Assembly (NCBI RefSeq): GCF_000012905.2
Contig: NC_007493.2
Span: 300,001 to 332,000 of the forward strand
Origin: Cereibacter sphaeroides 2.4.1
GTDB taxonomy: Bacteria > Pseudomonadota > Alphaproteobacteria > Rhodobacterales > Rhodobacteraceae
Direction of reading: 5' to 3'
DNA length: 32,000 nucleotides
The translations under genes were made by a program, and so were the position numbers. A model generated the notes under the pieces. It ran no database searches and was not told the DNA's origin. It was given only the letters and a program-made list of their open reading frames with translations. Below, piece by piece: positions 22,515 through 29,460 of this stretch; position 1 is the stretch's first letter, and each line of letters opens with the position of its first letter.

Positions 22515-23126
22515 ATGACGATAAATTCAAAAATCGATCTTGAAATCAGTCAACTCCGGCGCATGGCCACTGCAGGCTACTTTCTGGGCCTGCACGTCCG
22601 CTTCACCTCGCCCCTTATCACAATGCAATCATACCGCGAGGACTGGATCGAGTATTACACGGAAAAGGGATATGTCATATATGATCCCACCATCCGTTGG
22701 GCGCTGAGCGAAACGGGCCATCGCAGGTGGAGCGATCTGGCAGAGCAGGATTCGCGGGGTGTCTTCGCGGCTGCTGCGCAATTCGATCTCCGCTTTGGCG
22801 TCACCTGCTCGTGGGGCACGAGGGAATCGCGCAGCCTCGGGAGTTTTGCGCGATCGGACCGGGAATTTACCGACCGCGAGGTCGAGCTGATCTTTTCCCT
22901 GTTCCAGCGGCTTCACGAACTGACGCAGCCGCCCCAGGAATTGACGCAGCCGCAGATCGAGGCCCTGCGCTGCATCGCCGGTGGCGATCGCCACGCGGCG
23001 GCGGCGATGAAACTCGGCATTTCCGAAAGCGCGCTGAAGGCGCGGATTGCCAGCGCGCGCCAGCGGCTCGGCGCCCGCACCACCGCCGAGGCGATCCAGC
23101 GGGCCAAGGAATACCGGCTGATCTGA
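22515..23126 (+). CDS. LuxR-family transcriptional regulator with autoinducer-binding domain (orphan 'LuxR solo')
   Basis: Frame is open from 22323. The N-terminal half has the AHL-pocket pattern Y-x3-W-x3-Y-x8-DP-x13-W (SYREDWIEYYTEKGYVIYDPTIRWALSETGHRRW). The C-terminal 60 aa is a GerE/LuxR HTH (LTQPQIEALRCIAGGDRHAAAAMKLGISESALKARIASARQRLGARTTAEAIQRA). Start is uncertain: ATG 22515 gives 203 aa, in-frame ATG 22422 gives 234 aa. None has a good SD. Confidence 0.85.
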   Translation: MTINSKIDLEISQLRRMATAGYFLGLHVRFTSPLITMQSYREDWIEYYTEKGYVIYDPTIRWALSETGHRRWSDLAEQDSRGVFAAAAQFDLRFGVTCSWGTRESRSLGSFARSDREFTDREVELIFSLFQRLHELTQPPQELTQPQIEALRCIAGGDRHAAAAMKLGISESALKARIASARQRLGARTTAEAIQRAKEYRLI

Positions 23127-23181
23127 CGCTTGCGCAGGGACGGGCGGCGATTACATATCGCTCCGTCCCATGAGGTGTTCC

Positions 23182-24567
23182 ATGCGTCACGCTCTGCTTG
23201 CCTTTTCCCTGATCGCTCTCCTGTCGCCGCTTGCCGCGCCTGCCGAGACGCGCCTGCCCGAGAGCGCCGCCGAGATTTCGCTCTCCTTCGCGCCGGTGGT
23301 GCGCTCGGCGGCACCTGCGGTCGTGAACATCTATGCCACGCGGGTGGTCGAGCAGCGCGTGAGCCCCTTTGCCGCCGATCCGTTCTTCGACCAGCTCTTC
23401 CGGGATTTCGGTCGCCGCCAGCCGCGGGTGCAGAACTCGCTGGGCTCCGGCGTGATCGTCTCCGGGGACGGGATCGTGGTGTCGAACTATCATGTGGTGG
23501 GACAGGCCGACGCCATCCGGGTCGTGCTGAACGACCGGCGCGAATATGAGGCCGAGGTGATGCTCGCCGATCAGGACAGCGACCTTGCGGTGCTGAAGCT
23601 GAAGGAGGCCAGGGATCTGCCGCATCTGGGGCTGCGCGATTCCGACGGCGTCGAGGTGGGGGAGCTGGTGCTGGCCATCGGCAACCCGTTCGGGGTGGGC
23701 CAGACCGTGTCGCAGGGCATCGTCTCGGGGCTCGCGCGCTCGGGTCTCTCGATCGACGGCGGGCGCGGCTATTTCATCCAGACCGATGCCGCCATCAACC
23801 CCGGCAACTCGGGCGGCGCGCTGGTCGATACGGCGGGGCGGCTCGTAGGGATCAACACCGCGATCCTCACCCAGTCGGGCGGCTCGAACGGGATCGGCTT
23901 CGCCATTCCCGCCAATCTGGTGCGCAGCTTCCTTGCACAGGCGGAGGCGGGCGAGGCGCACTTCCAGCGTCCCTGGGCAGGGGTGAACGGGCAGGCGGTC
24001 GATGCAAGCATGGCCGAGGCGATGGGGCTCGAACGCCCGGAAGGGGTGGTGCTGACCGAGCTCGATCCCGAGAGCCCGTTCCGCGCCGCGGGCCTGCGCG
24101 CGGGCGATGTGGTGGTGGCGCTGGAGGGGCAGCGCACCGACAGCCCGCAGGAGGTGATCTTCCGGCTCTCCTCCTTGGGCATCGGCGCGCGCGCCACGGT
24201 GAGCTATCTGCGCGACGGCGAGACGCGCGAGGCCGAGATCGCGCTGGTCGTGGCGCCCGACAAGCCGCCCCGCGAGACGGTGGCGCTGCGCGAGACGGTC
24301 CTTGCCGGGCTCACGGTCGAGCGGCTCAATCCCGCGGTGCGGGCCGAGCTGAACCTGCCCCTGACCCTCGAAGGGGTGGTGGTGCGCGCCTCCGAGGCGA
24401 CGGCGGCGCAGACGGGCCTCCGGCCGGGCGACATCCTGCTCGAGATCAACGGCCGCCGGATCGAGCGCCCGCGCGATGTGGAGCGCGCCGCGCAGGAGCG
24501 GGTGCGCTGGTGGCAGATCGACGTTCTCCGCGACGGCAAGCCGCTGCGACTGCGCTTCCGTCTCTGA
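23182..24567 (+). CDS. Do/DegP/DegQ-family periplasmic serine endoprotease (trypsin-like domain plus two PDZ domains)
   Basis: Signal peptide MRHALLAFSLIALLSPLAAPAET. Catalytic triad contexts SNYHVV, DSDLAVLK and GNSGGALV. Two PDZ-like segments (GVVLTELDPESPFRAAGLRAGDVV and GVVVRASEATAAQTGLRPGDILLEING). The ORF opens at ATG 23170. ATG 23182 is preferred because GAGG (23172-23175) lies 6 nt upstream. Confidence 0.92.
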   Translation: MRHALLAFSLIALLSPLAAPAETRLPESAAEISLSFAPVVRSAAPAVVNIYATRVVEQRVSPFAADPFFDQLFRDFGRRQPRVQNSLGSGVIVSGDGIVVSNYHVVGQADAIRVVLNDRREYEAEVMLADQDSDLAVLKLKEARDLPHLGLRDSDGVEVGELVLAIGNPFGVGQTVSQGIVSGLARSGLSIDGGRGYFIQTDAAINPGNSGGALVDTAGRLVGINTAILTQSGGSNGIGFAIPANLVRSFLAQAEAGEAHFQRPWAGVNGQAVDASMAEAMGLERPEGVVLTELDPESPFRAAGLRAGDVVVALEGQRTDSPQEVIFRLSSLGIGARATVSYLRDGETREAEIALVVAPDKPPRETVALRETVLAGLTVERLNPAVRAELNLPLTLEGVVVRASEATAAQTGLRPGDILLEINGRRIERPRDVERAAQERVRWWQIDVLRDGKPLRLRFRL

Positions 24568-24605
24568 CCCTTTCCCCGCCCTCGCGGCGCGCGTAGGCTT
24601 CGCCC

Positions 24606-25919
24606 ATGTCCGACCTCTTCGACCGAGAGCCTGCGCCCCCGCAGCCCGATGCCCCCCGCCCGCTGGCCGACCGGCTGCGGCCGAAGTCGCTGGCCGAAGT
24701 GATCGGGCAGGGCAAGGTCCTGTCGCCCGACGGGCCTCTGGGCGCGATGCTGGTCTCGGGCAGCCTGTCGTCGCTGATCCTCTGGGGGCCGCCGGGCGTG
24801 GGCAAGACCACCATCGCCCGGCTGCTCGCGAAGGAGACCGACCTCGCCTTCGTGCAGATCTCGGCGATCTTCACCGGCGTGCCGGACCTTCGGAAGGTGT
24901 TCGAGGCGGCGAAGCTCCGGCGGGCGAACGGGCAGGGGACGCTCCTGTTCGTCGATGAGATCCACCGCTTCAACAAGGCCCAGCAGGATGGCTTCCTGCC
25001 GCACATGGAGGACGGGACCATCCTCCTCGTGGGGGCGACCACCGAGAACCCCTCTTTCGAGCTGAACGCGGCTCTCATGTCGCGGGCGCAGGTGATCGTG
25101 CTCGACCGGCTGAGCCTTGCCGATCTCGAGCGTCTGGCCCAGCGGGCCGAGCACGAGACGGGGCGGGCCCTGCCGCTCGACGGCCCCGCGCGCGAGGCGC
25201 TGCTGGAGATGGCCGACGGCGACGGAAGGGCGCTTCTGAACCTCGTCGAGCAGGTGATGGCTTGGAAGGTCAAGGGGCCTCTGGACCGCGACCAGCTTGC
25301 CACGCGCCTCATGCGGCGGGCCGCGAAATACGACAAATCGGGCGAGGAGCATTACAACCTCATCTCGGCCCTGCACAAATCCGTGCGCGGGTCCGACCCC
25401 GATGCCGCGCTCTACTGGTTCGCGCGGATGCTCGAGGGCGGCGAGGACCCGCGCTTCCTCGCCCGGCGCATCACGCGGATGGCGGTCGAGGACATCGGCC
25501 TCGCCGATCCGCAGGCGCAGGGGATCTGCCTCGAGGCCTGGGCCACCTACGAGCGGCTGGGCTCGCCCGAGGGCGAGCTCGCGCTGGCCGAGGCGCTGGT
25601 CTATCTGGCGCTCAGCCCGAAGTCGAACGCGGTCTATACCGCCTACAAGGCCGCGCGGGCGGCGGCGAAGCAGACCGGCTCCGAGCCGCCGCCGAAGCAT
25701 ATCCTGAACGCGCCGACGAAGATGATGAAGGAGATCGGCTACGGCTCGGGCTACCAGTACGACCACGATGCCGAGGACGGCTTCTCGGGCCAGAACTACT
25801 TCCCCGAGAGCATGAAGCGCCCGGTCTGGTATCTGCCGCAGGAGCGCGGTTTCGAGCGGGAACTGAAGAAGCGCACCGACTATTTCTCCAAGCTCCGCGC
25901 CAAGCGGCAGGGCGGTTGA
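24606..25919 (+). CDS. rarA: Replication-associated recombination protein A (MgsA/RarA AAA+ ATPase)
   Basis: 437 aa. Walker A GPPGVGKTT, Walker B LLFVDEIHRFNK, and the C-terminal MgsA signature (HYN.ISALHKS.RGSDPDAALYW.ARML.GGEDP.F..RR). Confidence 0.95.
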   Translation: MSDLFDREPAPPQPDAPRPLADRLRPKSLAEVIGQGKVLSPDGPLGAMLVSGSLSSLILWGPPGVGKTTIARLLAKETDLAFVQISAIFTGVPDLRKVFEAAKLRRANGQGTLLFVDEIHRFNKAQQDGFLPHMEDGTILLVGATTENPSFELNAALMSRAQVIVLDRLSLADLERLAQRAEHETGRALPLDGPAREALLEMADGDGRALLNLVEQVMAWKVKGPLDRDQLATRLMRRAAKYDKSGEEHYNLISALHKSVRGSDPDAALYWFARMLEGGEDPRFLARRITRMAVEDIGLADPQAQGICLEAWATYERLGSPEGELALAEALVYLALSPKSNAVYTAYKAARAAAKQTGSEPPPKHILNAPTKMMKEIGYGSGYQYDHDAEDGFSGQNYFPESMKRPVWYLPQERGFERELKKRTDYFSKLRAKRQGG

Positions 25920-25950
25920 CATTGACCCTTGCGGGGAACAGAGAAGCGCG

Positions 25951-26325
25951 ATGATCAGCTCTCTCTTACAGGTGGCGCTTGGCGGCGCCCTCGGCGCCTC
26001 GGCGCGCTATCTGACCAATGTCGGCAGCATGCGCCTCTTCGGTCCGGCCTTCCCGGTCGGGACCATGATCGTCAATGTCGTGGGCTCGTTCCTGATGGGC
26101 GTGCTGGTGGTGGTGCTGGCCCACAAGGGCAACCGCTATGCGCCGTTCCTCATGACGGGGATGCTGGGCGGCTTCACCACCTTCTCGGCGTTTTCGCTGG
26201 ATGCGGTCACGCTCTACGAGCGCGGGCAGGCGGGGCTGGCCGCGGCCTATGTGGGGCTTTCGGTGGGGCTGTCGCTCGCGGGGCTGATGGCGGGCATGGC
26301 GGCGGTTCGGGGATGGATGGCATGA
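25951..26325 (+). CDS. crcB: Fluoride ion channel CrcB/FluC
   Basis: 124 aa, 4 TM segments. Signature motifs GGALGA.AR.., T...N..GSF..G and GGFTTFS.FS. Confidence 0.95.
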   Translation: MISSLLQVALGGALGASARYLTNVGSMRLFGPAFPVGTMIVNVVGSFLMGVLVVVLAHKGNRYAPFLMTGMLGGFTTFSAFSLDAVTLYERGQAGLAAAYVGLSVGLSLAGLMAGMAAVRGWMA

Positions 26326-27362
26326 GCAGCGTGCAGCTTCTGAAGGTGACGGCAGACGAGGGCGAGCAACGGCTCGACCGCTGGTTCAAGCGCCGCTTCC
26401 CGCATGTGACCCAAGGTGCCGTCGAGAAGATGTGCCGCACCGGGCAGGTGCGCGTCGACGGGGCGCGGGCCAAGGCCTCGGACCGCGTGGCCGAGGGCAT
26501 GGAGATCCGTGTGCCGCCGCTGCCCGATCCGGATGCGCCGCGGCCGCAGGCCTCGCGGGTCACCAAGTCCGACGAGCAGATGATCCAGGACTGCGTGATC
26601 TACCGCGACAATGACATCATCGTGCTGAACAAGCCCGCGGGCCTACCCTCGCAGGGCGGATCGGGGCAGGGCGAACGGCATGTCGACGGGCTGACCGAGG
26701 CGCTGAAGTTCGGCTACAAGGAACGCCCGAAGCTGGTGCACCGCCTCGACAAGGACACGTCGGGCGTGCTGGTGCTGGCGCGCACCGACCGCGTGGCGCG
26801 GGCGCTCTCCGAGAGCTTCCGCCACCGCAATACGCGCAAGATCTACTGGGCGCTGGTGGCGGGCGTGCCCAGCCCGAAACAGGGCTCGATCAAATATGCG
26901 CTGATGAAGGCGCCGGGCCACGGACGCGGCGGCGAGGGCGAGAAGATGCTCTGCATCCATCCCGCCAAGGTGGGGGATTACCCCGAGGCGAAGCGCGCGC
27001 AGACCGACTTCTTCACCCTCTGGTTCCTCGGCAGCCGCTGCGCCTGGATGGCGCTCTCGCCGATCACGGGGCGCACGCACCAGCTGCGCGCCCATATGGC
27101 CGAACTCGGCCATCCGATCGTGGGCGACGGGAAATACGGCGGCTCGGGGCAGGAGAATCTCGGCGACGGCTGGGGGGCGCAGATCGGCGGCGAGATGAGC
27201 CGCAAGCTGCATCTCCATGCCCGCAGCCTCACCATCGAACATCCGATCAAGAAGGACCTCGTGACCTTCACCGCGCCGCTCCCCGGCCATATGGCCAAGA
27301 CCTGGAAGCTGCTCGACTGGAAGGAAGGCGACGTGCCGGAAGATCCGTTCGGAGCCTTCTGA
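26322..27362 (+). CDS. RluA-superfamily 23S rRNA pseudouridine synthase with N-terminal S4 domain (RluC/RluD-like)
   Basis: The track ORF (25929) runs through crcB in another frame. The real start is ATG 26322 (ATGA overlap with the crcB stop) or ATG 26313. S4-like N-terminus (QRLDRWFKRRFPHV...GQVRVDG). Catalytic motif HRLDKDTSGVLVLA. Also TGRTHQLRAHMA.LGHPIVGD.KYG. Confidence 0.92.
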   Translation: MSSVQLLKVTADEGEQRLDRWFKRRFPHVTQGAVEKMCRTGQVRVDGARAKASDRVAEGMEIRVPPLPDPDAPRPQASRVTKSDEQMIQDCVIYRDNDIIVLNKPAGLPSQGGSGQGERHVDGLTEALKFGYKERPKLVHRLDKDTSGVLVLARTDRVARALSESFRHRNTRKIYWALVAGVPSPKQGSIKYALMKAPGHGRGGEGEKMLCIHPAKVGDYPEAKRAQTDFFTLWFLGSRCAWMALSPITGRTHQLRAHMAELGHPIVGDGKYGGSGQENLGDGWGAQIGGEMSRKLHLHARSLTIEHPIKKDLVTFTAPLPGHMAKTWKLLDWKEGDVPEDPFGAF

Positions 27363-28069
27363 TGGCGGGATGGGTTGCGAAACGGTTCTGGAAGGAGGCC
27401 AGCGTGGCCGAGGAGCCGGGCGGCTTCGCCGTGCTCCTCGACGGGCGCGGCGTGCGCACGCCGGCCAAGCGGCCGCTGATCCTGCCCACCTGTGCGCTGG
27501 CCGAGGCGGTCGCTTCCGAATGGCAGGCGCAGGAAGGCGAGGTGCGCCCCGAGACGATGCCCGTCACCCGCTCGGCCAATTCGGCGCTCGACAAGGTGGC
27601 GCCGCAGTTCGACGAGGTGACGGAGATGCTCGCGGCCTATGGCGGCACCGATCTCCTGTGCTATCGCGCCACGGCCCCCGAGGCGCTCGTCGCGCGGCAG
27701 GCCCGCGCCTGGGATCCCGTCCTCGCCTGGGCGGCCGAGAGGTTCGAGGCCCCGCTCGAGACCACCGCCGGCGTGATGCATCAGGCCCAGCCCGAGGCGA
27801 GCCTTACCCGCCTCGCGGAGCATGTCCGCAGCTTTTCTCCCTTTCAGGTTGCGGGCTTCCACGATCTCGTGGCCATCTCCGGATCGCTGATCCTGGGCCT
27901 CGGCGTGACCGAGGGGCACCTCCTTCCGGAGGAGGCCTGGGAGCTCTCGCGAGTGGACGAGTCCTGGCAGATCGAGCAGTGGGGCGCGGACGAGGAAGCG
28001 GCGGAAATCGAGGCGTTCCGGCGCACAGCCTTCCTGCAGGCGGCGCGATTCTACGCATTGTGCGGGTAA
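27362..28069 (+). CDS. ATP12-family F1-ATPase assembly chaperone
   Basis: 235 aa. KRFWKEASV.E..GGFAVLLDGR.VRTPAK..L.LPT..LA.AVA.EW.AQ is the characteristic ATP12/ATPAF2 N-terminus. TGATG one-base overlap with the upstream gene. Confidence 0.88.
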   Translation: MAGWVAKRFWKEASVAEEPGGFAVLLDGRGVRTPAKRPLILPTCALAEAVASEWQAQEGEVRPETMPVTRSANSALDKVAPQFDEVTEMLAAYGGTDLLCYRATAPEALVARQARAWDPVLAWAAERFEAPLETTAGVMHQAQPEASLTRLAEHVRSFSPFQVAGFHDLVAISGSLILGLGVTEGHLLPEEAWELSRVDESWQIEQWGADEEAAEIEAFRRTAFLQAARFYALCG

Positions 28070-28295
28070 CAATCCTCGGCCACCATCGGGGCATCCGTCG
28101 CAAAACCGCCTAATCGATTCGCAATCCCGTGATTTTGCTGCGTGAATGGACGCTTCTGCGGTTTGACTTGACGATGGAAACGGCTTCGGTCGACACTGGA
28201 TGCCACTGTGAGGAAGGGTGTCCTCCACAAGAGATGTCCCCGCTCACCGGGGATCAAAGAACCGCCTCAGGGGCGGCAATCAGGAAGAGGTACGC

Positions 28296-29312
28296 ATGAC
28301 TAAATCCGTTTTTCTCGGCACGCTGACCGTGGCGGGCCTGGCTGCCGGCCTCGCGTCGGCGGCGACGCTCGACGATGTGAAGGCGCGTGGCGAGCTGAAT
28401 TGCGGTGTCTCGACCGGTCTCACCGGTTTCTCGCTGCCCGATGCCAACGGCAACTGGACCGGGTTCGACGTCTCGCTGTGCCGGGCGGTGGCTGCGGCGG
28501 TGCTGGGCGACGGCACCAAGGTGAAGTTCGTGCCGACCACGGGCCAGACCCGCTTTACCGCCCTTGCCTCGGGCGAGGTTGACATGCTGGCGCGCAACTC
28601 CACCTGGACCTTCTCGCGCGACACCGACCTCAAGCTCGATTTCGTCGGCGTGAACTACTACGACGGTCAGGGCTTCATGGTGCGCAAGGACCTCGGCGTG
28701 ACCTCGGCCAAGGAACTCGACGGCGCCACCGTCTGCATCCAGACCGGCACCACGACCGAGCTGAACCTCGCCGACTGGTTCAAGGTCAACAACCTGAGCT
28801 ACACGCCCGTCGCGGTCGAGACCAACGCCGAGGGCGAGCAGCAATATGCCGCCGGCGCCTGCGATGCCTATACGACGGATGCCTCGGGCCTCGCCGCCAC
28901 CCGCGCGGCCTTCGCCGACCCGGAAAACCACATCATCCTTCCCGAGATCATCTCGAAAGAGCCGCTCGGGCCGGCCGTGCGCCACGGCGACAACGAATGG
29001 GCCGACATCGTCCGCTGGACGCTGAACGCGCTGATCGCGGCCGAGGAATATGGCGTGACCTCCGCCAACATGGAGGAACTGGCCGCCAACTCGCCGAACC
29101 CCGAGATCCAGCGTCTGCTGGGCGTGCAGGGCGACCTCGGCAAGATGATCCGCCTCGACAACGACTGGGCCAAGCGCGCCATCGCCGTGGGCGGCAACTA
29201 TGGCGAGATCTTCGCCGCCACCATCGGCGAGGCCACTCCGATCGGTCTTGCGCGCGGGCTGAACGCGCAATGGACCCAGGGCGGGCTGCTCTACGCCCCG
29301 CCGTTCCGCTGA
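28296..29312 (+). CDS. bztA: General L-amino-acid (Glu/Gln/Asp/Asn) ABC transporter, periplasmic substrate-binding protein (BztA/AapJ type)
   Basis: Track ORF starts at 28218. Start placed at ATG 28296, preceded by AGGAAGAGG. Signal peptide MTKSVFLGTLTVAGLAAGLASAAT. Mature sequence LDDVKARGELNCGVSTGLTGFS..D.NG.W.GFDV..CRA.AAAV is AapJ/BztA-like. Confidence 0.9.
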   Translation: MTKSVFLGTLTVAGLAAGLASAATLDDVKARGELNCGVSTGLTGFSLPDANGNWTGFDVSLCRAVAAAVLGDGTKVKFVPTTGQTRFTALASGEVDMLARNSTWTFSRDTDLKLDFVGVNYYDGQGFMVRKDLGVTSAKELDGATVCIQTGTTTELNLADWFKVNNLSYTPVAVETNAEGEQQYAAGACDAYTTDASGLAATRAAFADPENHIILPEIISKEPLGPAVRHGDNEWADIVRWTLNALIAAEEYGVTSANMEELAANSPNPEIQRLLGVQGDLGKMIRLDNDWAKRAIAVGGNYGEIFAATIGEATPIGLARGLNAQWTQGGLLYAPPFR

Positions 29313-29319
29313 TGTGACG

Positions 29320-29347
29320 AGGGGCGCCCGGGCAATCGGGCGCCCCT
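29320..29347 (+). promoter_or_regulatory. Intercistronic stem-loop after the binding-protein gene
   Basis: Perfect 11-bp stem AGGGGCGCCCG (29320-29330) / CGGGCGCCCCT (29337-29347), loop GGCAAT, no T-run. A second small hairpin (5 G:C pairs plus a terminal G-U) lies at 29357-29375. Confidence 0.5.
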
Positions 29348-29460
29348 TCAACAATCTCCCGCCGCAAGAGCGGGGCAACAACGATCGGACTGCGAGGGGC
29401 GCAACGACGCCATCCTGCCGGACCACCGGCCCCGCGATCCGTTCAATGGGGAAACACTGC

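Noticed and set aside
25920-25950. Fluoride riboswitch upstream of crcB.
   Set aside because: Only 31 nt are available, and I could not see the conserved crcB-motif helices or pseudoknot. A formal cmsearch is still the decisive test.
28141-28215. Possible sigma54 (-24/-12) or sigma70 promoter for the bzt operon (TGGACGCTTCTGC, and TTGACT/TTGACG at 28163-28173).
   Set aside because: The GG-to-GC spacing does not fit TGGCAC-N5-TTGC. Neither TTGAC hexamer has a plausible -10 element at 16-18 nt.
28051-28257. 68-aa minus-strand ORF (TTG start) in the ATP12-bztA intergenic region.
   Set aside because: It has a weak start codon, no SD and no recognisable motif, and it overlaps the probable bztA promoter and leader. 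I treat it as a chance ORF.
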